A stretch of DNA of 64,000 nt from Klebsiella pneumoniae. GTDB lineage: Bacteria > Pseudomonadota > Gammaproteobacteria > Eutrophobiales > Eutrophobiaceae. How positions within the stretch are numbered: position 1 is the stretch's first letter; every line of letters begins with the position of its first letter. Of this stretch, positions 22,046-32,141 are shown piece after piece. The notes under the pieces are model-generated. The model searched no databases and was not told the DNA's origin. It saw only the letters and a program-made list of their open reading frames with translations. The translations under genes and the position numbers were made by a program. Location of the stretch: NCBI GenBank assembly GCA_945870865.1, contig CAMBTO010000001.1:79487-143486 (forward strand), written 5' to 3'.

Positions 22046-23146
22046 ATGGCAACACTGGCCCGTAAATTATCTCCTTTCATACTACTATTGGCCATGCCTG
22101 CCGGACAGGTGTTCGCGCAGGCCACGGTCAGTTCTTCTGGTCAACCGGCCGGTACACTCGAACAACGTGTTGAGCGTATGGAAAGGATGATGCAAAGCCA
22201 GGGTTTGCTTGAAATATTGCAACAGGTACAACAGTTACAGCAGGACATCAGCCAGCTCCGCGGCGAGATTGAGACACACAATTACAACCTTGACCAGCTG
22301 ACTCGTCGTCAGCGCGACCTGTATGCCGATATGGATCGCCGGCTCCAGCAGCTCGAAGGTGGAGGGGCTGTGTTACCGGGGGACGGGACAACCGGCATGG
22401 TTACTCCATCTGGCATGGACTCTCCACCGCTGGAGACATTGTCTGCAGTGGGCGGTCCTGCACAGTCAGGCGCCGGTTCAGTACCCTCAAACAACACCTT
22501 GCAGGTAGAGGTCATCTCCTCTGCTGCCACTCAACCGCCTGCAAACCCGATAGCTGCCGGCGGCGGTCAGCCATCTGCCAATATGGCGCAATTACCCGCG
22601 TCCTCCCAGATGCAAGGGGCGATAGGACAAGTTGTGCAATCGGCACCGCCTGCACAGGTGCAGGCCGATGTCGTTGGTATGAGTGGCAGTGCTGTGCCTG
22701 CAACTACACCTGCATCCGCGGGAAGTGCCGACCCTGCGCAGCTACAGGCAGAATACCAGCAAGCGTTCAACCTGCTCAGACAGTCGCTGTATGATCAGGC
22801 GATCAGGGCCTTCCAGCAGTTCCTGACCAACCACCCGAATGATCGTTACTCGGACAACGCGCAGTACTGGTTGGCCGAGGTCTACTATGTCAAACGTGAA
22901 TATCCGCTCGCGCTTGATGAATACAATAAGGTCATCACCAACTTCCCGGAAAGCCAGAAGGTCAGTGATGCGATGCTGAAGGTCGGCTTTACCATGATTG
23001 AGCTCGGCCAGATCGACAATGCCAGGGAACATCTGCAGGCATTGATCCGGCAACAACCGGATTCGACGGTTGCCCGGCTCGCTGATGAGCGACTGAAACA
23101 GCTTGGCTCGACAACACAACAGGCTGTTCCGGAACCGGCTAACTAG
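22046..23146 (+). CDS. cpoB: Cell division coordinator CpoB (YbgF)
   Basis: N-terminal coiled coil LEQRVERMER...LYADMDRRL, C-terminal TPRs (NAQYWLAE, DAMLKVG); follows pal. Confidence 0.92.
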   Translation: MATLARKLSPFILLLAMPAGQVFAQATVSSSGQPAGTLEQRVERMERMMQSQGLLEILQQVQQLQQDISQLRGEIETHNYNLDQLTRRQRDLYADMDRRLQQLEGGGAVLPGDGTTGMVTPSGMDSPPLETLSAVGGPAQSGAGSVPSNNTLQVEVISSAATQPPANPIAAGGGQPSANMAQLPASSQMQGAIGQVVQSAPPAQVQADVVGMSGSAVPATTPASAGSADPAQLQAEYQQAFNLLRQSLYDQAIRAFQQFLTNHPNDRYSDNAQYWLAEVYYVKREYPLALDEYNKVITNFPESQKVSDAMLKVGFTMIELGQIDNAREHLQALIRQQPDSTVARLADERLKQLGSTTQQAVPEPAN

Positions 23147-23155
23147 CCAGAGACG

Positions 23156-23842
23156 ATGTCACCTTTCCCGGTAACGGAGCTGGCCGGGTCAGACCTGCTG
23201 GCCAGGACTCTGCGTATCAATGAAATCTTCCTGTCACTACAGGGAGAATCAATAAAAACCGGCCTGCCTACTACCTTTATTCGTCTGACCGGTTGTCCAC
23301 TACGTTGCCATTACTGCGACACCGAATATGCGTTCCATACCGGTAAGCGGCTGACGATCACCAGCATCATGCAAACGATCGCGGAATTTCGCACCCGGCA
23401 TATCTGCGTCACCGGCGGCGAACCACTGGCACAAAAGACCTGCCTCGACCTGCTACTACATTTGTGTGATGAAGGGTACGAGGTGTCGCTGGAGACCAGC
23501 GGCGCAATAGATGTTTCAAAAGTAGACCCGCGGGTTATGAAGATTATGGATCTGAAAACCCCGGCCTCCGGCGAGTCCGGCAAAAACCGGTATGACAACC
23601 TGGTCTGGTTGCGACATCCTGACCAGATTAAACTGGTTATTTGTAACCGAGACGATTACGAGTGGTCACGTAAGCTGTTACAGGATCGCCATCTGCACGA
23701 GGTCTGCGAGGTACTGTTTTCACCGGCATACGATCAACTTGATGCCGCACTGTTGGCCGGATGGATACTGGAAGATCACTTACCGGTCAGGTTCCAGATC
23801 CAGTTACACAAATACCTCTGGGGCAATACGCGCGGAACATGA
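23156..23842 (+). CDS. queE: 7-carboxy-7-deazaguanine synthase (radical SAM)
   Basis: EIFLSLQGE, RLTGCPLRCHYCDT, TGGEPL, QLHKYLW. Confidence 0.95.
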   Translation: MSPFPVTELAGSDLLARTLRINEIFLSLQGESIKTGLPTTFIRLTGCPLRCHYCDTEYAFHTGKRLTITSIMQTIAEFRTRHICVTGGEPLAQKTCLDLLLHLCDEGYEVSLETSGAIDVSKVDPRVMKIMDLKTPASGESGKNRYDNLVWLRHPDQIKLVICNRDDYEWSRKLLQDRHLHEVCEVLFSPAYDQLDAALLAGWILEDHLPVRFQIQLHKYLWGNTRGT

Positions 23843-23883
23843 TACGGACTTGCCCCTGTTACCTGCTGAAATCCTGACGATTC

Positions 23884-24570
23884 ATGTCTGAAAATAACCC
23901 ACTGAAAAAAGCCGTCGTGCTGTTATCCGGCGGCCTGGATTCGGCCACCGTGCTGGCGATTGCCAGACAACAGCGATATGAATGCCATGCACTCAGTTTT
24001 GATTATGGACAGCGCCATCGCGTAGAACTGCTCGCAGCGGAACGGATTGCAAAGTCTCTGCATGCTGCACACCATCGTACACTCGTCGTCGACCTGACCC
24101 AAATCGGCGGGTCGGCGCTGACTGACAATAATATCGAAGTGCCGCAATCACCGAAGACAGGCATTCCGGTCACCTATGTGCCCGCCCGCAATATTATCTT
24201 TCTGTCATTTGCACTGGCCTATGCCGAGACGATACAGGCGTCGGATATCTTTATTGGCGTGAATGTACTGGATTATTCCGGTTATCCGGACTGTAGACCT
24301 GAATTTATCGAATCGTACACACGCATGGCCAACCTGGGCACACGGACCGGGGTGGAAGGATATCCTGTCCGCATACACACGCCGCTTATTAAAATGAACA
24401 AGGCAGAGATAATCGCGGCAGGTTCAGCATTGGGTATTGACTACGCACAAACGATATCCTGTTACCAGGCAGATGCGGATGGACGCGCCTGTGGTCTATG
24501 TGATTCCTGCCGCTTCCGCAAAAAAGGCTTTGCCGAGGCAGGGGTTACCGACCCGACCCTTTATCAATAA
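23884..24570 (+). CDS. queC: 7-cyano-7-deazaguanine synthase
   Basis: [34 protein letters not shown]. Confidence 0.96.
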   Translation: MSENNPLKKAVVLLSGGLDSATVLAIARQQRYECHALSFDYGQRHRVELLAAERIAKSLHAAHHRTLVVDLTQIGGSALTDNNIEVPQSPKTGIPVTYVPARNIIFLSFALAYAETIQASDIFIGVNVLDYSGYPDCRPEFIESYTRMANLGTRTGVEGYPVRIHTPLIKMNKAEIIAAGSALGIDYAQTISCYQADADGRACGLCDSCRFRKKGFAEAGVTDPTLYQ

Positions 24571-24572
24571 GG

Positions 24573-24667
24573 ACTAAATAACTGTTCCGAAATCCTGTTC
24601 AGATTGGGCGCGGGAATATTACCGTGCCCAATCTGAACTGTCGTGGATTTCGGAACAGTTATTTAGT
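24573..24667. repeat. 95-bp compound palindrome (MITE-like, or bidirectional terminator)
   Basis: Perfect 23-bp outer arms ACTAAATAACTGTTCCGAAATCC / GGATTTCGGAACAGTTATTTAGT plus 17-bp inner arms (24597-24613 / 24622-24638, one G:U pair). Confidence 0.75.
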
Positions 24668-24672
24668 GTCCG

Positions 24673-27600
24673 TCAGGGTTTTGACTTCATCGATTCGGCA
24701 TACTCCAGCTCGGACACCAGCTGTTCCGTCTCCGCTGCGCGCGCTTTGGAAAAACGTGCCAGCAACAGATACAGCACCGGGGTCAGATACAAGGTAAACA
24801 TCGCCGCCATACCCAGCCCACCAAACACCACCCAGCCGATGGACGCAGCCGCCTCGGCACCAGCCCCACTCTCGAGTATCAACGGCAATCCACCCAACAC
24901 AGTGCATAAAATCGTCATCGTTACCGGCCGCAAGCGGATCACAGCACCTGTTTCTATCGCCTTGCGTATATCATATCCGCGGTCGCGCAACTGGTCGGCA
25001 AACTCCACGACCAATACACCATTCTTGGCCATCAGGCCTATCAGCATGACCAGACCAATCTGGGAATAGATATTCAGCGAGGTACCGGTCAGGAACAAGG
25101 CAAAAATGGCGGCAGCGATGCCGAACGGTACCAGCAGCATGACAACGATCGCGCTGGTGAACCCTTCGAATTGGGCACACAACACGAGAAACACCACCAG
25201 CAAGGCAATAATGTAGGTAATTATTACATCACGAGAGGTCTCCTCAAGCGTGGCTGCATCGCCGAGCAGGATCATCGAGACATTCGCCGGCAAAACATCA
25301 GAGGCAATCACATTTAACTGCTCTATCGCGGTCTGTAAGGGAAACCCGGGCGTAATATCAAAATCCACCTCAATGGCCCGTCGCTGTGCCTCGCGCGGGA
25401 GCTCCGAGGCGATACCCTCTTCCCGCAGTTTAACCACACTCGACAACGGTAACAGCCCGCCTGACTCAGTATCGACATACAGGTTGACCAGGTCGGATGG
25501 GTCATTAATCTCTTCTGTGGAGGCCTCCAGCAGGATGGGCACGGACTCGTCCTGGATATTCAGATCGACCACCTCGTCGCCATCTATCATGACGCGCAAC
25601 GTCTCGGCGAGGTTGTCCAGATTGATACCCAGATCCGATGCGCGTCGTCTGTCTATTTCCAGCAGCAGTTGCGGCTGGGTCGGTTCGTAGGAGATCTCTG
25701 GACTGGACAGGTCGTCCGACGTCTGTTCAACCGTGGCTGCAAATTTTTTCGCGGCGTCATAAATCTCCGCATATTCATTGCCAATCAGCGCAACGCTGAG
25801 CCGGTTACCGCCACCGCGACCCATGCCGAGACTGTTTGAGCCGGACACGGAAATCTGTAAGCCCGAGATTTGTTCAAACGCGCTGTCTAATGAGCGCATA
25901 ATCTGCTGCTGGCTACGATCACGTTCACTCCAGTCTGCCAGAGGGACGATTATCGACCCGCGATTCGGATCGTAGGTCCCGACGATTGTAAAAATGGATC
26001 GGACTTCACCACTATCGACCATCGGTGCCAGAACCTGCTCCACTTTGCGGGTCTGCTGATCCATGTATCCGATACCGACCCCGTCCGGTGCGCTCATATT
26101 GACCCTGAACATACCTCGGTCTTCGGTTGGTACAAGCTCCTGATCCAGCTGTTTGTAGACTGAGAAGGCACCTGCGGCCAGGCCCAGTGCAACCAGTATT
26201 GCAATAAACGGATGATCCAGCGTCTTGCCCAGACTGCGGGTATACAGTTGTATCAACAGGTTGCCGAGTCGGCCCATAAGACCTGACGGACGTTTCTCAC
26301 TATCGGTATCGGGCAGACGTGAGGCCATCGCCGGGACCAACGTCAGCGAGACAAAACTGGATATCGCTACAGCCAGGGCGAGTACAAACCCGAACTCACG
26401 AAACAATCTGCCAGCCGTGCCTGGCAGGAAGGCGATAGGGACAAAAACTGAAATTAGCACAACGGTTGTCGTAACGACCGCAAAGAAAACCTGCCGGGTA
26501 CCCAGTACAGCAGCCGCGCGACCACCCACATGCTGTTTGCGCCGTCGCAGGATATTTTCCAGTACCACAATTGCATCATCCACAACCAGTCCGGTGGCGA
26601 GCACCAGTGCAAACAGCGTCAGGATATTGATTGAGAAGCCGAACAACCAGATTCCGGCAATCGTACCTATCAAGGAGATCGGGATGGCGATACTGGGAAT
26701 CAGGGTGGCCCGCAACGAACCCATAAACATCCAGATCGTGGCGATAACAATCAATACGGTAATCAACATGGTAAACAACACTTCCTTGACCGAACTACGG
26801 ATAAATTCGGCATCATCATTGGTGATTACCAGCTCAATATTGTCAAAGCGTTCGTTCAGCTGATCCACTGTATTGCGGACATTGTTGGATATTTCTATAG
26901 CGTTTGATTTGGCCTTACGTATCACACCCATCGCGATGACACTGCGGCCATTCAGCCGGGTATAACGCTGGGCATCCTCAGGGCCAAAATAGACCCTGGC
27001 CACATCACCTACCCGGGTATTATCTCGGATGATGATATTGGCCACCTGCTCAGCGGTGTAGACAGAGGCATCCGCGCGGACAACAAGCTCCTGGCTCTCG
27101 GATCGGAAGCTACCCGCCGGCACATCGAACGGGGCGCGTTGCAAAGTATCGACCACGTCCGAAACGGACAGGCCGAGACTGGTTAGCCGCAACGGATCCA
27201 CTACTACGCGCAAAACGCGGTTACGTTCACCAAATAGCGAGATATCGGCCACGCCCTCTATGGAGATCAGTTCCGGCATGATGTCTTTTTCGAGGATACG
27301 GGTGATGTCTTCTTCTATCAGCGTATCGCTATAGACAGACAGATTCATGATCGGCTGCGAGTCTGAATCCGCCTTGATGATGTTGATCTCTTCAACCCGG
27401 TCCGGCAGTCGTCTTTGTACACGGCTGACGGCCTCGCGCACATCGGACGCGGCATAATCAAGGTCAGATCCAGGCTGGAACTCGATCCGGATACGCGACA
27501 CATTTTCCTCTGAGCTCGAGCTGATATTCTTGACCCCGGACACGCGGGCCACCGCCCCTTCGATGACGCTCGTCACTTCCGTATCTATCGTCTCCGGGGA

Positions 27601-27783
27601 TGCCCCGGGATAGACGACAAACACACTGACAACAGGAAAGTCGACATCGGGCAATTCGCGGACTTCCACCAGGTTCATCGCCGCCAGTCCTGCCAACGCA
27701 ATCAGCAGGTTTGCCACCATCACCAGTACAGGACGACGTATACTCAGGCCGGGCAAGTCATTGATATCAAATGACATGATCAA
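24673..27783 (-). CDS. RND efflux permease (AcrB/AcrD/AcrF family)
   Basis: 1036 aa; GLVVDDAIVVLEN, KNGVLVVEF and RLRPVTMT proton-relay motifs. Confidence 0.95.
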   Translation of the reverse strand: MIMSFDINDLPGLSIRRPVLVMVANLLIALAGLAAMNLVEVRELPDVDFPVVSVFVVYPGASPETIDTEVTSVIEGAVARVSGVKNISSSSEENVSRIRIEFQPGSDLDYAASDVREAVSRVQRRLPDRVEEINIIKADSDSQPIMNLSVYSDTLIEEDITRILEKDIMPELISIEGVADISLFGERNRVLRVVVDPLRLTSLGLSVSDVVDTLQRAPFDVPAGSFRSESQELVVRADASVYTAEQVANIIIRDNTRVGDVARVYFGPEDAQRYTRLNGRSVIAMGVIRKAKSNAIEISNNVRNTVDQLNERFDNIELVITNDDAEFIRSSVKEVLFTMLITVLIVIATIWMFMGSLRATLIPSIAIPISLIGTIAGIWLFGFSINILTLFALVLATGLVVDDAIVVLENILRRRKQHVGGRAAAVLGTRQVFFAVVTTTVVLISVFVPIAFLPGTAGRLFREFGFVLALAVAISSFVSLTLVPAMASRLPDTDSEKRPSGLMGRLGNLLIQLYTRSLGKTLDHPFIAILVALGLAAGAFSVYKQLDQELVPTEDRGMFRVNMSAPDGVGIGYMDQQTRKVEQVLAPMVDSGEVRSIFTIVGTYDPNRGSIIVPLADWSERDRSQQQIMRSLDSAFEQISGLQISVSGSNSLGMGRGGGNRLSVALIGNEYAEIYDAAKKFAATVEQTSDDLSSPEISYEPTQPQLLLEIDRRRASDLGINLDNLAETLRVMIDGDEVVDLNIQDESVPILLEASTEEINDPSDLVNLYVDTESGGLLPLSSVVKLREEGIASELPREAQRRAIEVDFDITPGFPLQTAIEQLNVIASDVLPANVSMILLGDAATLEETSRDVIITYIIALLVVFLVLCAQFEGFTSAIVVMLLVPFGIAAAIFALFLTGTSLNIYSQIGLVMLIGLMAKNGVLVVEFADQLRDRGYDIRKAIETGAVIRLRPVTMTILCTVLGGLPLILESGAGAEAAASIGWVVFGGLGMAAMFTLYLTPVLYLLLARFSKARAAETEQLVSELEYAESMKSKP

Positions 27784-28862
27784 CTCTCGATTTTTACGGT
27801 CCGGTCCATCTGTTCGTATTTCCCCTGCTCACGCATGGTATGTTCAACCTTGATACCTTCATACATACGCTGTACACCCTCAACCACTACCAGATCGGCT
27901 TCCGTCAGGCTCGCATCGACGAGTACCTGGCCCTGCTGACGCTGGATGATACGCACCGGGACCCGGCTGGCCTGGCCTGCACTGACCCGCCACACGTGTG
28001 AACCATCGGCACCCCACTGCACCGCTATTTCGGGCAGGACCGGAAACGACTTGCCCCGGATATCCAGACGGACCCTGAAACTCATGCCCGGCCTGAGTCT
28101 GTCGTCCTGGTTATCCACGCTCGCTCGCACAGTGAACGTTCTTGTCAGCGGATCGATACGGCTGCCGATATCTACGACCACACCCTCGGCCGCGGTGACT
28201 TCATCATTCCATGGATTGATGGCTATCTGTTCACCTGCCTTCAGCGTACCTACCATGATCTCAGGCACTTCAAAACTGATCAGCAACGCATCACGGTTAT
28301 CTATCGTAGTAATTACCGTTGACTGATCGACACGGTCACCCGGGTCAATCTCGGCTATGCCGACGTAGCCGGCAAATGGCGCTCGAATTATCCTGTCATC
28401 CAGTGCAATCTGTGCCTGCTGCAGTTCTACCTCGGCTGTTTCAAGTGCGGTCCCGGCCGCATCCAGCACAGTCGGTAATATTGCACCACTGCCTGCGGTA
28501 CGCTCATATCGCTCATATAATTTTTTGGCGTCTTCACGCCTTATTCGGGCGAGTTCGATCGCAAGCTTCTCATTACGTGCATCAAGCTGGACCAGCACGT
28601 CTCCCTTGCTGACACTCAGTCCCGGCCCGAAATTCACGGCAACCACTTCGCCAGACGCAAGCGGAGTAATAGTGACAGACTGGATGGCACGCGAGGTTCC
28701 GACCGCCTCTATACGGGTCAACTCATCGGAAAATCTGACCTGCTCAACTAGGACGGCAACTGTTTTATCAGCACCCCGTCCCCGGGCAGTCTCTGATGGT
28801 TCATTCGTGCATCCGGCCAGGACAAACAAGCCTACGAGGGCGATACCTGCAACTCTTAACAT
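27780..28862 (-). CDS. RND periplasmic adaptor (membrane fusion protein), lipoprotein
   Basis: Lipobox LAGC after the ATG at 28862; IRAPFAG, LRPGMSF; overlaps the permease start. Confidence 0.92.
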   Translation of the reverse strand: MLRVAGIALVGLFVLAGCTNEPSETARGRGADKTVAVLVEQVRFSDELTRIEAVGTSRAIQSVTITPLASGEVVAVNFGPGLSVSKGDVLVQLDARNEKLAIELARIRREDAKKLYERYERTAGSGAILPTVLDAAGTALETAEVELQQAQIALDDRIIRAPFAGYVGIAEIDPGDRVDQSTVITTIDNRDALLISFEVPEIMVGTLKAGEQIAINPWNDEVTAAEGVVVDIGSRIDPLTRTFTVRASVDNQDDRLRPGMSFRVRLDIRGKSFPVLPEIAVQWGADGSHVWRVSAGQASRVPVRIIQRQQGQVLVDASLTEADLVVVEGVQRMYEGIKVEHTMREQGKYEQMDRTVKIES

Positions 28863-29137
28863 ATTTTCTATCTTCTGTAGTAGTACTGTGAGATGGCATA
28901 TCATCAACACGCCTGACGACATGCATGCATATTAACCGCTGCAGGCCACAGGAAATATCGAATACGACCCTGACAGACCAATATTCACAATAAATCCACT
29001 ATTGCAGTTATTTATGTCACATAATATGCAGAATTAAATCGTAATGTACCCTGCGTGAAATTGCTGTGAAATTAGTGGCAGAGTAACAACGCGTTTATGA
29101 AACATACTAAATACTTTTTGACCCGACCCAGGCCTGA

Positions 29138-29761
29138 CCACAGAAACCGGCATTAACTTCTATACTGGCCTGCACCAAAATAGATCCCCTGCCCTTAACG
29201 TATAACTTCCACGAGCGGATAGCACTGTTTCTGGGCAGCGTAGCCGTGCCTCTGCCCTGATTTATATACTGGCCACCACCTGCCGCTGATTTCCGTGCTG
29301 TTGTTTTGTTTCTCATGTCGAGGGTGCCGAACCGCTTTTTGTTATCAAAATTGAAGATTCTGAATGAATTCCGTCATATACAGCCCGGATGGAAACAAGT
29401 GTTGATAGCCATTGCCCTGAAAATGATCGGCCGGATCGGCACGTTTCTGGAATTGTTCCTGATACTCATCGTGCTTGATATCGATCCAGACTTTGTCGAT
29501 GTCGTGCTGGTCGAAGCGCTAGTTATGGTCAACGTCTGCCTGTTTTTCTTTATCCTACTGGAACTGGGTGTAAATGAGGCCGGCATCCTGGCCGATTTTT
29601 CCATCGCCGGACTTGCCGCAGCAAGTGGCATAGCGTTTGGTCTGCTGCGTCGAGCAAGAATGATTACCTATACGCTGACAGGCCTGTGCGTTTATGTGCT
29701 GGGTACGACTACCCGGTTTGGCAGCCAACCTTACCGTAATCAGGACCAGTCTTTACCCTGA
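29138..29761 (+). pseudogene. Degraded UPF0104 / lysylphosphatidylglycerol-synthase-TM (flippase-like) gene remnant
   Basis: C-terminal LGVNEAGI...GLAAASGIAFGLLRRAR resembles UPF0104 proteins; the same frame upstream is hydrophobic but has TGA at 29135-29137 and 29258-29260; only about 150 aa are open. Confidence 0.55.
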
Positions 29762-29765
29762 AGGG

Positions 29766-30950
29766 TCAGCGGGACAGACCGACCAGCTCGGTAAATGCAC
29801 TGCACAGTCTCTCTATCTGTTCCGGTGTATGTGCTGCACTGAGGCTGCAACGTATCAACGGTCTCCCGTCCGGTGCGGCCGGAGGGAAGATCAGGTTCAC
29901 GTAAACCCCGCGTTCCATCAGCGCACTCCACAAGGTCACGGCCTGTGGTGGCGTATCCAGTTGGGCGGCTATTACCGGGCCGGCCACTGGCCCGACCCGA
30001 TATCCCTGTTCTTTCAAACAGGAATATAGCCGGTTTGCATTTATCCAGAGGCGTTCACGTAAATGGTTACCGTCACGCAGCAGTATCAATGCCGCCCGTG
30101 CAGAGGCAATATTCGATGGCGACGGGGATGCGGTAAAAATATAGGGCCGACTCAGATAACGCATCAAATCGAGTTGTTCATGGTTACTGACGCAATAGCC
30201 GCCGATACTGCCGAGACTCTTGCTGAATGTGCCGGTGATAAAGTCGACCTGATCGGTCACGCCGGTCTCTTCAACCAGACCCTGCCCGGTCCTGCCGAGC
30301 ACACCCAGTGAGTGCGCTTCATCTATCAGCATGTAACTTCCATGTGCCTTTGTGACATTGACCATTTCCGGCAACGGCGCCTTGTCACCGAGCATGCTGT
30401 AAATACCTTCAACAATGACCAGTGTTGACCGTGCTCGATCACCCAGACGGGCGAGCCTCTTGTCGAGGTCAGCGGCATCGTTGTGGCGGAACCGGATCAC
30501 TTCGGCGCCACTCAAACGACACCCGTCATAGATGCTGGCATGGCAGTGTGCATCTATCATTAATACATCACCCTGCCCTGCCAATCCGGAAATCGTGCCC
30601 AGGTTGCCCTGATACCCGGTTGAAAAGACCACGGCATGTTTGCAGTTGTAAAATTCTGCAAACTCCCGTTCCAGTGCGCGGTGGCCTTCATAATTTCCAT
30701 TGGCCATACGGGAGCCGGTCGTGCCGGTACCTTCTTCATCAATCGCCTTGTGTGCAGCAGCGATACATTCCGGCGCAAACGTCAGTCCGAGATAATTGTT
30801 CGTACCTGCCAGTAATACGCGTTTGCCAGCTATACTGGCCTCGGTTGCTGAATACATTTTTTCTATCGGTGTACCGAAGATCGATGGACGGATCTCAAGC
30901 AACGCCTTGCGGTCATCACCAAACACGGAAAATTTATCAAACAGATCCAT
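29766..30950 (-). CDS. spt: Serine palmitoyltransferase (alpha-oxoamine synthase family, PLP)
   Basis: GTNNYLGLT, GTGTTGSRMANG, HASIYDG, EGIYSMLGD, DEAHSLG and GTFSKSLG (PLP Lys); adjacent ACP. Confidence 0.88.
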   Translation of the reverse strand: MDLFDKFSVFGDDRKALLEIRPSIFGTPIEKMYSATEASIAGKRVLLAGTNNYLGLTFAPECIAAAHKAIDEEGTGTTGSRMANGNYEGHRALEREFAEFYNCKHAVVFSTGYQGNLGTISGLAGQGDVLMIDAHCHASIYDGCRLSGAEVIRFRHNDAADLDKRLARLGDRARSTLVIVEGIYSMLGDKAPLPEMVNVTKAHGSYMLIDEAHSLGVLGRTGQGLVEETGVTDQVDFITGTFSKSLGSIGGYCVSNHEQLDLMRYLSRPYIFTASPSPSNIASARAALILLRDGNHLRERLWINANRLYSCLKEQGYRVGPVAGPVIAAQLDTPPQAVTLWSALMERGVYVNLIFPPAAPDGRPLIRCSLSAAHTPEQIERLCSAFTELVGLSR

Positions 30951-31201
30951 TATTTTTCTGACTCTATACGTTCAATCATACGGGCAAGATCACTGACCAG
31001 TTGCACTTCGGCCATCAGGTTAAGTGGAATGGAGATATCAAACTCATCCTCGATTTCCATAATCAAATCCAGAATCTTCACTGAATCGAGCGCAAACTGA
31101 TCCACCAGATTTGTATCGGGTCGGATCTCGGCCCCTGACCCGGCAATGCGCTCGAGATGTTTGCTTATCCTTTGCAGTGTATTTTCATAATTGTCTGTCA
31201 T
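30950..31201 (-). CDS. Dedicated acyl carrier protein for Spt
   Basis: 83 aa, acidic; LDSVKILDLIMEIEDEFDISIP (phosphopantetheine Ser); stop overlaps the spt start. Confidence 0.9.
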   Translation of the reverse strand: MTDNYENTLQRISKHLERIAGSGAEIRPDTNLVDQFALDSVKILDLIMEIEDEFDISIPLNLMAEVQLVSDLARMIERIESEK

Positions 31202-31211
31202 ATCAATCCCG

Positions 31212-32138
31212 TCACTGTAGATTCAAAGGCAATACTGCCTCGTGTAACGCATCCTGTAATTGTCTCTTTGGCCGCCAGCCTGTCGCTCGCGTCAGCTTGT
31301 CTGAATCGCACACCCAGTCGGTATGCTGTAATTCACGTACCTTGCCTGGCGTCAACATCGGTGAATAACGGAACAAACGCGCCAGCGCAAGGTTCGCTCT
31401 GGCGACTGCGCTGATGATGCTGGCAGGGACAGGCAGACTGTGTACCGGTCGTGTCCAGACCTGACTTGCAATTTGTTTTACGGCGTCGTGATCATATCCC
31501 CCGGGCGTCCCATCATCAAGCTCATAGATTCCGGCAATCGGTTCGTCTGCATTCAACCAGGACAGAATTGCCTCGACCAGATCATTAACATACAGCAGGC
31601 CGAACCTTGAGGATTTCGCTCCGGTCAGTGGTAACAAGCCAAGGCGTGTCGCACGAAATATCGGTGCCATCTCGCGATCGCCTGGACCATAAACGGCAGT
31701 TGGTCGAAATATGGTCCACTGGTTCATTCCAGCGTGTCTTATCAGGTATTGTTCTGCCTGGAACTTGCTATCTGCGTACCATGACAGTTGTGGTTCGCGC
31801 GCTGCCAGCGAGGACATCAGCAGAAACCGTGCATGAGGAACCCTGCTTGATACCGAATCAAGCAGATTGGCGGTACCATCAAGATTGGTCTTCAGGAAGT
31901 CTGCTGATGAACTGCCACGGACGCGGCCGGCGCAGTGAATTACGTAATCTGTTTCAGCCACAAGTTGATACAGCGCATCTTTATCTTCAAGTGTGCCGGT
32001 AATCCAGTGCAGGTTTTTACTGTCGGCTTGTGGCTTTCGCGTTAGCGCACGGACTGCCCAGCCCGCGGAGGTCAATTTGTGTATCAGGTTTTTGCCGATG
32101 AAACCGGTGGCGCCGGTGACCGCCACGCGTCCTGACAT
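31212..32138 (-). CDS. cerR: NAD(P)-dependent SDR/epimerase, CerR-like ceramide (3-keto) reductase
   Basis: TGATGFIG, SSLAAREP, YADSK (YxxxK), RPTAVYGPGD; located between FAAL and ACP/spt. Confidence 0.75.
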   Translation of the reverse strand: MSGRVAVTGATGFIGKNLIHKLTSAGWAVRALTRKPQADSKNLHWITGTLEDKDALYQLVAETDYVIHCAGRVRGSSSADFLKTNLDGTANLLDSVSSRVPHARFLLMSSLAAREPQLSWYADSKFQAEQYLIRHAGMNQWTIFRPTAVYGPGDREMAPIFRATRLGLLPLTGAKSSRFGLLYVNDLVEAILSWLNADEPIAGIYELDDGTPGGYDHDAVKQIASQVWTRPVHSLPVPASIISAVARANLALARLFRYSPMLTPGKVRELQHTDWVCDSDKLTRATGWRPKRQLQDALHEAVLPLNLQ

Positions 32139-32141
32139 GTA

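Noticed and set aside
29766..30950. Alternative call as BioF or 2-amino-3-ketobutyrate CoA ligase
   Set aside because: GTFSKS motif plus ACP/FAAL/SDR/GNAT context fit Spt; no bio or tdh genes are nearby
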